Origin: Eledone cirrhosa
Taxonomy: Eukaryota
DNA: 64,000 bases
Reading direction: 5' to 3'
Assembly: GCA_964016885.1 (NCBI GenBank)
Contig: OZ024754.1
Coordinates: 37,820,001 to 37,884,000, forward strand
Shown: positions 33,411 to 50,489 of the stretch, one piece after another
Layout: the number at the start of each line of letters is the position of its first letter
Position numbering within the stretch: the first letter of the stretch is position 1
Made by a program: the position numbers and the translations under genes
Notes under the pieces: generated by a model
Database searches by the model: none
What the model was told of the DNA's origin: nothing
Seen by the model: the letters and a program-made list of their open reading frames with translations, nothing else

Positions 33411-33660
33411 GTAAACAAAATTTATTCAGTTGTAGCTACAGACGAAACCGAAATTATAAATCGCATTTCTCTTGGAGTTGCGAATTTAATGATGATTTAT
33501 TTAATTGTTATAAAATGGCAATAACAAAAAAAATCCCTCCGTTAGCTACATGAACAGAATGAAGCTACACTGGGACGAAATACATCCGGAGCTAAATCAT
33601 TTCACAGCCAAACAAATACGCCAACAAGCGATGTTTGTTGAACGTAAAAATAAGATAAAT
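33411..33660 (+). mobile_element. Decayed N-terminal region of an R4/Dong-like ORF contiguous with the last array unit
   Basis: FSWSCEFNDDLFNCYKMA..(frameshift in A-run ~33526-33533)..PSVSYMNRMKLHWDEIHPELNHFTAKQIRQQAMFVERK. This resembles the W..E.N..L..CY...GY..RM...W....P.....L..Q motif of RLE-type LINE N-termini; recognised from memory, not searched. Confidence 0.6.
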
Positions 33661-34421
33661 ATTATTAATTGTAAGTCCCTCAGAACAAACATGGATTCAA
33701 CAACACGCGATACAGTTCGCCATAACAGTGCCTTGAAACAACTATGCCTGTAAAAAATTTGACACTCCGTGTACCATCTGAGTCTACCTCGACTGTTGTG
33801 GAAAACACTATCGATAATAGCACTATCGTTCGGCTACCTGCCCAGGCTCTGCTGCCTGCCAAACCGAAGAGGGCAAACTATGCAAATATCCGCCGCTCTC
33901 ATATATGTTTGTGGTAGAGCCTGTAGCAGTGGAGACTTCCAGCATTGTCGGACCCTGGACCACATGCCTACTCACTGCTATCGGAGCAGAGTTGGCTGCA
34001 CGCCGATGCGAGCCCCACGAGGTGAAGGGGCTGTTCTAGCTTGTCTCCCTCATCGTACTCTGGGACAATGTATCCAATCTCCATCCTGCCTGGCGGGACC
34101 CATAGGTGGAGTATAAGTTAGTTGGTGGTGAAGGATACTTGTTCGGACTTCACTTTTACACGTGTTTTGAGTGCCTTTTTGAATCCATTCATTTCATATA
34201 ATATATCAACAATAAAATCAATACACAAACACACTAAGAGATTAACCTCTCCGATGTCAAATGACTCAAAGGCCATAATATGAGCAAAGGCGAGCAGAAT
34301 CCCTACTTGACCTTACAAACCTGCTGTTCATGGAACAAATAGAGCTCTATCCAATAAAGGTTAAAAATGACATAAATCTCAGGTTCTAATTTTATTTTTG
34401 TATATATATTTATACACACGC

Positions 34422-37205
<2,784 letters not shown>

Positions 37206-37234
37206 CATTATATATATATATATATGTATGCATG

Positions 37235-37271
<37 letters not shown>

Positions 37272-37318
37272 TTCTGTGTTTGTGTGTGTATATATATATA
37301 TATATATATGTATGCATG

Positions 37319-37349
<31 letters not shown>

Positions 37350-37358
37350 TTCTGTGTT

Positions 37359-37416
<58 letters not shown>

Positions 37417-37420
37417 CATG

Positions 37421-37451
<31 letters not shown>

Positions 37452-37460
37452 TTCTGTGTT

Positions 37461-37527
<67 letters not shown>

Positions 37528-37574
37528 CAAACAAATAGTTTATCACTACTCTACATGGCTGAATATAATAAATA

Positions 37575-38115
37575 TAATCTGTGTTTTTCGAATATTAATA
37601 ATAATATTCGATTCGTTTACAATTCTGCAAACAGCCTCTTTAAAGCCATGTCAGTAGACTGACACCGTCATTCTTGCTCTTGTGTTGGCATGTCAACAGA
37701 ACTGCAGACACTAATGTTTCTGGGTGATTACTCGTCATCAGTACAGTTCACTGTTCACCTGCCAACTGTCAGAGCTAGTGAAAATATATGATATATTCTA
37801 AAATATACAGTGACTGATCGGCCTGATTTGCATATTAGGAGACTGCTTGATCAGTCAGATCTTTATATTAGCAGATCCACTGATCAGCCAGATCCGCATA
37901 TCAGCAGATAGGCCACTCAGTCTCATGTATACGAGCGATTAATGGCCGGCTTTGCCATATTCAAATAACAAAAAAATATAGTTTATCGCTGTTTACATGC
38001 CAACACAAGAGAACGAATGACGTCGTCATTCTACTGACATGGCTTTAAAGCGGCTGTTTGCAGAATTGCAAACGAATCGAATATTATTATCAATATTCGA
38101 AAAACTCAGATTACA
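37575..38115. mobile_element. MITE-like element with ~125-bp imperfect TIRs
   Basis: 37575-37698 pairs with 37991-38115. A related fragment lies at 3825-3985. Confidence 0.65.
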
Positions 38116-38120
38116 TTTAT

Positions 38121-39546
38121 TCATCATAATCATCATCATTTTACGTCCTCTTTTCCCTGCTTGCAAGGGTAGGACGGGTCCTATTCAGCACAGCATCTCT
38201 CCACTTGTCACAGTCCTTCGTCATCTCAGTGAGCTTCAGCCATCTGAGGTCTGCTTTCCCCACCTCCGCCCATGTTCTTCGTGGTCTTCCTCTACTGCGT
38301 CTTCCTTCTACTGGGATTTCTTGGTACTTCTTTACCCAGCGGTCATCCTCCATGCGCATCACATATCCATACCATCTTAGTCTTCTCTCCCGCACACTAC
38401 AACTTATCCCTCTTAAACACAGCTTCTCTCTAACACATCCACGCTCGGTCGCTCACGCACATTGACATTGCACATCCAACGGTGCATGCTTGCTTCATTT
38501 CTCTCCAGCCGTCGCATATCCTCTGCAGTTGCTGCCCATGTCTCACTACCATGCAGTATCGCCCACCTCACACAGGCAGCATATAACCGGCCTTTCGTAC
38601 GCAGGGATAAACCCTTCTTTGTCAACAGAGGAAGCAACTCTCTAAACTTCTTCCAACGCGTCCTTATTCTAGATACTATGGCCTCGGAACACCCCTCTCC
38701 CATGCTAATCTGATCACCTAAGTACCGGAAGCTATCATCTATAGAACCTACCTGCACTTGAAAAATGTTCCTATCAATGCGACTTCTACTGTCAAATTTC
38801 CCTGTACATCTACTGCATACGTAGTTTTCCCTACTTGTTAGTCTGCCTGCTATCCCACTACATCTTTTGTGTATTCAAGATCTGCATTGTGTACATTTTA
38901 TAGAATTTATGCCAGTTCCTTTTCTGCGTATCGAACATGGCCATTTCCCTGATGGAATCAGAGTTTTGTCCTCTTATCTACTTGTCAACACTTTTGTCTT
39001 AGCCTGGTTCACTCTCAGTCCTCTTAATTCCGATTGCTGTTTCGATAGCTAGAATTTATTCTCTAGCTCCTCTACTGATTCTGCTATAAGAACCAGATCG
39101 TCAGCATAGAGAAGTTCCCATGGACAGCCAGTCTTAAAATCCTCTGTTATGGCTTGGGGGACTAAAATGAACAAGAGCGAGCTGAGGACCGAGCCTTGAT
39201 GTACTCTTACCTGTATCTGGAATTCCTCACTAGACTCCATTCCTACTCTGACTTTACTGACAGCACCTCTGTACAAAGCTTGCACTGTCCTCACAAGCCA
39301 TTCCTCAACACCTAGTTTCCTTAGGGACCACCAGATGCCAGATCGGGTTACCCTATCAAAGGCCTTCTCTAGGTCAATAAAAACTAAATATAGTGGCTTA
39401 TTCTTCTCTAAGTACCTCTCTTGTAGTTGTCTCACTAAGAAGAGGGCATCTGTTGTACTTTTCCGAGGCACAAAACGAAACTGCATCTCATCTAGTTTGA
39501 CCCTTTCTCTAATTAGTTGTGCTAATATCCTTTCTGTCACTTTCAT
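38121..39546 (-). mobile_element. 5'-truncated RTE-clade LINE (same family as 4245-5512)
   Basis: QFRF..STTDA, FIDLEKAFD, HQGSVLS, LYADD, LRWYG. (GAT)n tail. 5' junction in (TA)n. Confidence 0.9.
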
Positions 39547-39814
39547 ATATATATATACAGGATCTGTTTATTTTTTTTAATATAAATATATTTTATAAAT
39601 ATATAAATATATTTTAAGGATCTGTTTATCTTTTTTTCTTCTTTTTTTTAAAAAAAGGTGTTTTATAATGTATATAAAAATATATATTTTAGATATTTTA
39701 TATACATTATATAATTGTTCCTCTCATCTTTTCAATAATGTTACTTTGACGGATCAAAGAAGAAAAAAAGAAAAACAGATCCTTAAATATATTTTCCGTG
39801 CTATTTCCAATTCC

Positions 39815-40012
<198 letters not shown>

Positions 40013-40199
40013 CGAAGGAAATGTGGTGAGGAACCAGGTGGACCATAACGCACCAAAGTACTCAATACTTAGTGTAGTAGAGTGGGTAATAGGAACGAGT
40101 AGGACCCCGGCGGTTAAGCTCAAGCCGTTTCGACGGCTAATTCTGTCCAGAATTAGCCGTCGAAACGGCTTGAGCTTAGCCGTCGGGGTCCTACTCGTT

Positions 40200-40247
<48 letters not shown>

Positions 40248-40249
40248 TA

Positions 40250-42489
40250 TATAAACGTTTGAATATGTATAATAAAGCCAAAACAATGCAGGTATGGACA
40301 TAGAAAAAAGAATGCAATTGCAAAAGATATTGTTGACAAATCGTCTTTTACCTTAGATTTATTTAAATGTCCTTAATTTTCGAGATAATATCTCTTCTTC
40401 AGAGGGAAATAAAGGTCTCAAACCAGCCTTCTAAATATCTTGCCAAGCCATGCTGACAGGAAATAGTATAGAGTATCTGTTCTATCTCTAATGTCAAAGA
40501 GTTAAAATTAGGTGGATAAAGAGTAGTCTCCCTTTAAAAGGGGTTTGTTTAGGTTTTTTTTTTAAATTTTATATATACATGCCTGTTTAAGTGTGTGGGA
40601 GAATGCATGAAGGTGTAAGTATGTGAGTGTGTGTGTGTGAGTGTGAGAAGATAAGTCTATTCGTAAATGTGGGGGATAGGTGTTATCTGGTGTTAGAACT
40701 GGTTTTGTGTGTGTATGTGTGAGAGAGAATAAGTGGAGGTGTAAGCGTGTGTGTGTGGGGGGGGGGTGTAAATATGGGGCTAGAAGCCCTATCAGGTTAT
40801 AAATTGGGTGTTGAGTTCTAGTCTATTATTGATTGGTGGTTGTGTTTTATCTATAATTAGTGCTTCCTTAATTCTAAGATTGCCGAGGTTTCTTTCCTTA
40901 GTTTCTATCCTAACTGTTATGGTTTTGTCGGTGTTTTTGCATTTAGCTAGGTGTTTCTTAAATGAGGAAGCGTTAGTATTGAGGTGTTCTTTTATTCTTA
41001 TGTGGAGTGGTCTGGTGGTGCTACCTACGTAGAAGTTGTTGCATTTGTCACACTCTAGTCTGTATACGACGTAAGCCTGATGGCATAGGTCTGTGTCGTT
41101 GATGGGGCAGTTGGCTAGTCTGCAACAGTTGTCATGTCTGGTGGAGTGTCTTTTGGTTAGGTTAGCTGTCCGCGTAGAGAAGGACCTGAGTGGGCCAGTT
41201 GGATATCTAGTCCCTCTCGTCTGATGGCTCTGCGGATGGCTGTTGTTGTTTCTTCACTGAAGTGCGGGAGCTTCAGGAAGCAAGTGTTAGTGCCTCGGGT
41301 GTGGTATCCTCTGTTCTTTCTGGCACGGTTTGTGGTGGATGTCGTGTATCCGTTCAGTTTGAGTACTTCCAGGAAATGTGTGGTGTATGTGTCTCGGTCT
41401 CTAGCGTCGGTGCATTTGTTCCGGATACGTGCCAGTTCGTTCCTTATGTATCCGAACTTGGCACCGAGTGGGAGGGCCGATCTGAAATGTACGAACAGGT
41501 CCCTGCTGGCGGCTTTTTTATAGAAGCAGGTGTGGATGTTGCCTTCCTCTGTTACCCTGAGTTGGAAGTCCAGTAGGGATAGGGATCCGCGGTCATCGGG
41601 GTGTTCCATGCTGAACTTTATACTGGCGTCCATGCTGGAGAATGTTGTGTATATTTTATCTGCCTCCTCACGGGATGATGTAAGGATGAGTATGTCATCT
41701 ACATATCGGGTGAAGAAGGCATGGGAATGGCAGGTGTTGAGGGCTCGGCATTCTAGCTGGTTCATGTAGGTGATGGCCAGCAGGCCCGATAGGCTGGATC
41801 CCATGGGTAATCCTGTTGTCTGTCTGTATGTGTGGTGGTGGAAGGTGAAGTACGTGTTGTCTACTGTGAAGGACAAAAGCTGGTGTATGTCCGTCGGGTG
41901 GAGGCCGTAGCAGTGGATGTCCTCTGCGACCACGCAGTCCGTCAATAAATCGACAGCTGGATGAGCGGGGACTGTAGTGTAGAGGGAGACAACGTCTCGG
42001 CTAAAAGCGTATTTATTTAGTTTAAGTTGTTCTGGCTGGAGTTGGTGTAGTCTACGTATAACTTCGTCGGAGCTACTGACATGCCCGGGAAGGTGGAGAG
42101 TAGAGGCTTGAGGACCTGGGAGAGGAGCCAGAAAATTTTGTATAGGGGTCCTTCTATGCTAGAGACGATGGGTCTTATTTGCGTCTTAGTACTATTCTTG
42201 TGGGTCTTGATGAGGTGGTAGAAAGTGGGCAGTCTGCTATTTCTAGTGGTGTAGTTGAGCTTAATTTTATTTGGGAGTTGTCTTCTCCTACAGATATCGA
42301 ACCAAATGGAGTTGATCTGTTTTTCGATCTGGGCTGCAGTCATGTCCGGGATCTCTGTGTATAATTCATTGTCGCTTAGGTGTTCAAAGGATAGGTTATT
42401 GTATGTGGCTTGAGAGATGACGCAAAACTCTTTACCTTTGTCGGATGGTAAGTATATAAGTTCCCTATTCCTTAGGTTAACCTCCTCCA
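40250..42489 (-). mobile_element. 5'-truncated Penelope-like element (second family)
   Basis: PSDKG, YHLIKTHK..IRPIVS, GLPMGSSLSG, RYVDD, LLDF; GIY-YIG VVYRLECDKCNNFYVGSTTRPLHIRIKEH. Frameshifted. Confidence 0.92.
40371..40406 (-). ncRNA. Minimal hammerhead ribozyme motif of Penelope repeat
   Basis: cct-CTGAAGA-agagat att atctc-GAAAA-TTA-agg on minus. Confidence 0.6.
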
Positions 42490-42504
42490 TATATATATAT
42501 ATAT

Positions 42505-42997
42505 GAAATGAAAATTGATGGAGGCTGCGGAGTGGGTAGACCAAGAAAAACCTGGGACGAGGTGACAAAACCTGACCTTGCCCACCTACAGCTCTCTAAC
42601 ACAATGACACTGGATCGAGACCCTTGGCGCCATACAGTTGTACAGAAGACCCGACTACCATTGCATACAAACCTACAGTCAGTAGGCATCTCTTAACTCA
42701 ATGTACACCCCACCGCTACATCCTCCCTCTCCCGTTCCGTCCACTGTGTCAATGACACAACAATCCACACTGTAAGGTGGTCGTGCAGGAGTCACGGTGA
42801 AAAGTCTCCCAGTCCACACTCTAAAAGTGTTTGGTGTTAGGAAGGGCATCCAGCTGTAAAAAAACCCCCACCAGAGTCGCTTCCGTGCGAGTGAGACACG
42901 GTGTCTCGACCATTCCCGCATCAAATTGAACAAAACCGTCTAACCCATGCTAGCGTGGAAGATGAATCTTAAACGAAAATGGTGATGATGATGATGA
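42505..42997 (+). mobile_element. RTE 3' fragment plus RTE-related SINE-like tail
   Basis: GRPRKTWDEV motif, ggaagggcatccagctgtaaaa, ctaacccatgctagcgtggaagat and (GAT)n. Relatives at ~43990-44140, 51277-51720, 62445-62725 and 63078-63360. Confidence 0.7.
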
Positions 42998-42999
42998 TT

Positions 43000-43084
<85 letters not shown>

Positions 43085-43288
43085 TAGGTATAGGATTATC
43101 CTAGATGCAGTAATGATTAATTACTACCATTCTGCTCTGATGATACAGTGGTCACAGCATTTGATAATTGAGTTTTGCAAATAGTTGTAAATTTGCACAT
43201 AGCATAACTAGGCTGTATAACCACCGTGGAAACATTTGTAAGCACACAGAATAAATTACCTTTTTATGTCTACCTGTTATTATTCATT

Positions 43289-43345
<57 letters not shown>

Positions 43346-43464
43346 AAAGTATGTCCATAGAATCATTTGATAAAATATATACATCATTTCCTCTCCCAAT
43401 CAGCATAATCAAACGCACAAAAGTCCAATTAAACAAGGCTATAAGATTAAAAGGCACACACACA

Positions 43465-43539
<75 letters not shown>

Positions 43540-43586
43540 CATCATATATATATGTATATATATATCATTATCATTATCATCATCAT

Positions 43587-43692
<106 letters not shown>

Positions 43693-43753
43693 TTGACGGC
43701 TGAGAAGAAAGAGTAATCATATTCATATATTCATTAACTTTTCAGAAATTCCA

Positions 43754-43984
43754 ATGTCTGAAGAAGGTCAAGGCAGAAAGAAGGAACAGAAGAAAATAAG
43801 AATCTGGTGGTTTGAACGCTCAGAATTGATATTAATTTTCTTCACCCCTGTGATGCTCTTGTCCCAGACACTCTTGCATTACTACGTGGACTGGCGAATA
43901 GGAAAGAATTACTATCGAAAGCACAATACCGCCTTCTCTTCGACTTGTAACCATCGCCATCAGTCTATAAAAAATCATCATAAG
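43754..43984 (+). CDS. SLC46A1-like: SLC46-family (PCFT-like) MFS transporter, TM1/loop-1 exon
   Basis: MSEEG...ELILIFFTPVMLLSQTLLHYYVDWRI...STCNH...HK, parallel to PCFT EPLVFL...QYLWHRF...C. Phase-0 donor AAG|GTAAGA. Acceptor ttttcag ends at 43745. Confidence 0.8.
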
Positions 43985-44133
43985 GTAAGATGAAAGATAT
44001 TAGGAAAATAGTGTAAACCATAGCCAGAATCAGTTCTGTATGAACAAGACACGGTCATCTGATCTGGCTTGTCACACAACGGGCCAACTCGTCTAACCCA
44101 TGCTAGTATGGAAAAATGGTCACAACGTCGACA

Positions 44134-44167
<34 letters not shown>

Positions 44168-44204
44168 GGAGGAGGAGGAGGAGGAGGAGGAGGAGGAGGA
44201 GGCT

Positions 44205-44251
<47 letters not shown>

Positions 44252-45108
44252 AATGATAACTGTGTTGTTAAGTAGTTCACTTTGCAATAATATGATACCG
44301 GGATAACAAATGTTATGCGCTGACGTTCTCATTCAAGCCCCCTTATATCTACTTGGTAGAAGGAGTTATCCTCCTTGACCATTGAAATGCCATGATGGAC
44401 ACAGTCAAACGTCTAGATTGGCACCCCAGCGACTAGCTGCACCAGTTACGAGAGAACTTGGTTAATAAAAAAGCACACGTGCGTATTCAGTGAGCCATTT
44501 TTGAGATGTTCTGGTCAAGGGGTGTCTCACGCGTTAGAGAGGTTTAGAAAGGGAGGTAATTATTGATGAAGATGTATGCGTGTGTGTTTGTGAACTTATA
44601 TAGCTTGTATTCAATACATGTGTGAATGTGACGTCCGAACGAGTATCCTCCACCACCAACTAACTTACCCTCCGCTTCTAGGTCCCGGCCGACCGGATGG
44701 AGAATGCATTGCTCTGCAGGGTGGTGATGGGGACGCGCTGAAACAGCCACTCCACCTCGCGGGACTTGCATTGATTGTATTTGTGTAGTTTAAGTCGCTA
44801 TTTTTTCAGCAGGTCTAAGTCGAGCAGTTAACCTCTGTCTGAGTACTTCTTTGTCTGATCTGGTGAATTATTTACTCTTATGCTTTCATTTCATCGTTTC
44901 CTGTCCTTATTTTCACACACTCAAACAATTCCTCATTTCTTCTCTTTCTTTATTCTTTACTCTGCTTTTTTTTTTCTTAATCAAAATCTGCCTCAAATTA
45001 TTATTTTCTATTTTCACTGTCTTCCACCAATACCATAATTCTAAATCATACCGCCCCTCTCTCTCTCACTCTCTCACTCTCTCTCCCCCTCTCTCTCTCT
45101 CTCTCTCT

Positions 45109-45176
<68 letters not shown>

Positions 45177-45187
45177 TTAGGATAGAT

Positions 45188-45240
45188 GAGATTCTACAGG
45201 ACTAGAACTGTTTCATTCTTTAGAAATCATCAGGAATCTC
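45188..45240 (-). ncRNA. Type I hammerhead ribozyme in mini-element 45175-45358
   Basis: gagattc-CTGATGA-tttctaaagaat-GAAAcag..ct-GTA-gaatctc, with a 7-bp stem I. Confidence 0.7.
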
Positions 45241-45355
45241 TGATGAAACAGTTCTAGTCCTGTAGAATCTGATCTATCTTAAAACTTTTATATTCGGCTA
45301 TGTATTGAGTACCTTACTTACTCTGGTTACCTCCGATTGAACCCGCAATAACTTA

Positions 45356-46218
<863 letters not shown>

Positions 46219-46609
46219 GATAAATCTACCAAGAGTTTACGGTAGTGTCCAATCCGTATGAAGAACTCAATATAATCCGGATATCATGGAAAGAAGAGAT
46301 GCATTCAAAAATCACTTTCGGTGAAAGATAAACGGAATACAGAGTCAAGATAAAATGTTTAAAAAATAATGAATAAAACAATGAAACAGTTCCTTATATT
46401 AAACAAAAAAAAGTTCATTATTTAACGATCGTTTCTAGGACATATATGTGTTAGAATTGGTATGCATATTCAACAGATCTATGTACAAAATTATACAAAA
46501 TTATACAAATGATCAAATATAATATACATACCAACACATACATATGCCGTCTTCAGAAATAATGAAATATATTTATTGATAATAACAACAATTCAAAATT
46601 ACAGGTCTG

Positions 46610-46666
<57 letters not shown>

Positions 46667-46936
46667 ATATATAAAATTGAGATAAGCCGAGCAAGAAAGA
46701 TTCAAACAATTTTTTTAAATAAATTAAAAAATATAATTTAAATATTTACCTATTCCAATTGCCTTTACCTACGGTTTCACTTCACAAAAGACTGGAGATC
46801 CCTAGGGACTTACAATGGAAAGGTCTAGATCATCAGAAAGCATTTTCCTTTCCTAGGACAAAAAGTCCCAGGAACGGCAAAATTTATTGCCATCTGCCAC
46901 CTAGCACAGGATCATATATGTATATATATGTATATA

Positions 46937-47042
<106 letters not shown>

Positions 47043-47131
47043 GTAGGAGGTGAGTTTTATTGTAGTACAATAAAGCAATGCAGATATCGGATAAGAAGCA
47101 CTCTACAGTTAGTAGGACTGGAGTATACATA

Positions 47132-48649
47132 ATATATAAGAACAAAAGATGGTTAAAAGAGTTCCATGTATTTTATTATGCGCATTTCAAAAACAAATAT
47201 CATCATGCAATAATATTTGTGTTTTCATCAGATAAAACAGGAAGACATGATATGAAGATTAAAAAACACTTGTTCAGTTTTAAATCAACATATGAGAAGT
47301 AGTTTTAGGTTGATGTGTGATATTGGGAAAAATATTTTATTTAGAGGGGGGGAGGAGTAAAAAAAATCTGCTTGCATAAATTCCATAAAACATTTCACAA
47401 AGTATACAGCTAATATTCAATTCTTTATCAATTTAGAATCTTTTTCTCAAAGGCACATATATATATATATACACTTCTTTAAAAAATATATCCATCTTTC
47501 TACCTTATTTCAAAGGTTATTATTCATTCTATAATACTTGTTTACTCATTCTACATCGCCCCTATTTATCACTTCCCTTTCTTCTCTTCTTCTTCTAATG
47601 TCTAACCCCTAATCTGTACCTTTTCTCACTCCTGCCTAACATAGAATCAATTATTACATAATACAATACACTCTTACTCTATATCACCTTGTAAAAATCC
47701 TTCGTAAACATATACATTTTTTTTGACGTTAGATTATTCATCCTCAATTCATTATTCTTTTCTCCCTTTCATCTATCTCATTATTCTCAATACATATTAA
47801 CATTTTCTCTCTTTTTTCTTCGCACATATTATCAAACCCCTCAATATACAAACCTTAACTTTACATTATTTTTCTCTTCGTTAATTTTCAAATTCTATAA
47901 TACTAGTCTACTCTTTCTACATCGCCCCTATTTATCACTTCCCTTTCTTCTCTTCTTCTTCTAATGTCTAACCCCTAATCTGTACCTTTTCTCACTCCTG
48001 CCTAACATAGAATCAATTATTACATAATACAATACACTCTTACTCTATATCACCTTGTAAAAATCCTTCGTAAACATATACATTTTTTTTTGACGTTAGA
48101 TTATTCATCCTCAATTCATTATTCTTTTCTCCCTTTCATCTAACTCATTATTCTCAATACATATTAACTCTTTCTTTTTCTTCGCACATATTATCAAACC
48201 CCTCAATATACAAACCTTAACTTTACATTATTTTTCTCTTCGTTAATTTTCAAATTCTTTTAATTTATACATTATCTTCCAACGGTTTTCAACATCTCTA
48301 TGTAAAACAATATATCTTTCTCAGTTATAAAAGCTATTTCTCTCTCTCTCTATCACCCATCTCTCCTCCTATCTCATCCTTCCTCATTATACTCCTTCCT
48401 CTCCACCTTCACTCTCATCTCCTCTTCCCCCCCCCCCTCTAAATAAAATATTTTTCCCAATATCACACATCAATCTAAAACTACTTCTCATATGTTGATT
48501 TAAAACTGAACTATCCACAAGTGTTTTTTAATCTTCATATCCTGTCTTCCTGTTTTATCTGATGAAAACACAAATATTATTGCATGATGATATTTGTTTT
48601 TGAAATGCGCATAATAAAATACATGGAACTCTTTTAACCATCTTTTGTT

Positions 48650-48657
<8 letters not shown>
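47132..48657. repeat. ~220-bp inverted repeats (47132-47351 / 48432-48657) enclosing a ~367-bp tandem duplication (47526-47892 / 47893-48258)
   Basis: Directly visible. KNKRWLKEFHVFYY.. is read on opposite strands in the ORF track. Confidence 0.9.
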
Positions 48658-48737
<80 letters not shown>

Positions 48738-50278
48738 ATATTAAGGATACTATTTATAGTTATGTACATTTTAAACTATAAACAGGGAAGGTCAGTAATT
48801 TATTACTACCTTATATATGCATATGTAATTAAATGTATGGAGTAATAACATCAGATATATATAGGATTAATTTATTAACATAAGGGATCTGTCTAACTTA
48901 TATGTAGGGTGGTGCAATGAATAATATATGAATTATATATGCATGTATGACTTGATGGATAGATTAATGACATTGTAAATGAGGGATGTATTTGATTTTA
49001 TCATGCAAACAGCCGTACGCTGCTCCGTGGCTTACCAGGGGTTATGTAGACAACATTCTAATTGGTCCTCTGATATATTTTGAGAGTAGACTATATTTAC
49101 AGTGAATTTTGATATAAAGATATAGCACTTTGTGTGGGAAATTCAATTATAGCGCTATATAATAAGGAGTAGAGATACCTTTAATACATTATGATAGAGT
49201 AGACTGTATTTAAAATTAGATATAAATATATAATCTTTTATATAAGGGACTCAATTGAGGCACCATATAATGTATGTTAGAACAATGAATTTAGTTATGA
49301 GAATCAGCTAGTTACCTCCCCTTAATTACACACCTACTTCCGGATAATAAACCACTGTAAATTCTCGCAGCAGAAAGAACCTATTCTATAAATATGGATT
49401 AAATAACACTGAGCCTCAATACGTTACAATCATTTACTACATCAAACATTCACTACGAATTCATCGTAACATATGTGATGGATGTGAAAACTATAACTTC
49501 CTTTTTCTGAATGTGAAAATGGTGGTGGATGCGAAAACTATAACTTTCTTTTTCTGCACACATACTTTTTTGATCTATACAAAAAATACCCTACCACTAC
49601 AACCACCATAATACTCTTGCTTACCCGCTTAAAGTGCTTGCATTACACGTAACACCTTGCCACACAATACTCGTATATAAATGAGACACACTTGCATGCT
49701 CCATGTGTAACTAACGCATACACTATCTAGTAGATCTGATTATCGAACTATCATCTTGCATTATCTGTGTTATCTGCCGCATGTATTTTAATTTTAATTT
49801 TGATTTTAAATTTGAATTGCTGTACAAGTATAGTATAGTATAATATATGTCACTCCACTGTACATCAATATATATATATGTATCTGTATGTCTCTTGCGT
49901 TGGATAGGAGGTCAATTATATGTACAAGCATTGAAAAATGTTCCGAAGACTCCAAGCCTAGGTTTGGATGAAACAATTGTAAGTGAATAAATGCTTTGAA
50001 CATAGCTTTGATTCTTGTGAATTCTATATATATATATAAGTTATTCCGGGTTGAATCGGAGGTAACCACAGTAAGTAGGGTACGGTACTCAATACATAGC
50101 AGAGTATATAAGTTTTGATATAGAAGAGCTTCTACATGACTATAACTGTTTCATTCGTGAGAAATCAATCATCAGGAAGCTGGCTGTCCAAGTAAATTAA
50201 AACTTTTATACTCTGCTATGTATTGAGTACCCTACTTACTGTGGTTACCTCTGATTCAATAAATTTACTTGGACAGCC

Positions 50279-50329
50279 AGCTTCCTGATGATTTCTCACG
50301 AATGAAACAGTTCTAGTCCTGTAGAAGCT
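50279..50329 (+). ncRNA. Type I hammerhead ribozyme in rearranged mini-element 50040-50332
   Basis: agcttc-CTGATGA-tttctcacgaat-GAAAcag..ct-GTA-gaagct. Damaged inverted copy at ~50127-50181. Confidence 0.7.

Positions 50330-50489
<160 letters not shown>

Larger units (their letters stand above)
23047..33464 (+). repeat. Tandem array of 29 units: conserved ~55-nt left flank + variable core + conserved right flank + (CATA)n
   Basis: Left flank cttttattcgaattcgtagag(a/g)tatc(c/t)gactaaata(c/t)at(a/t)attcattttacaag. Right flank gtaaacaaaat(g/t)ta, in some units extended by ttcagttgtagctacagaagaaaccgaaattataaatcgca. Confidence 0.97.

Noticed and set aside
23047-33464. CRISPR-like repeat-spacer array
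   Set aside because: Eukaryotic context and no cas genes. The variable cores are homologous to each other and codon-structured rather than independent acquired spacers.
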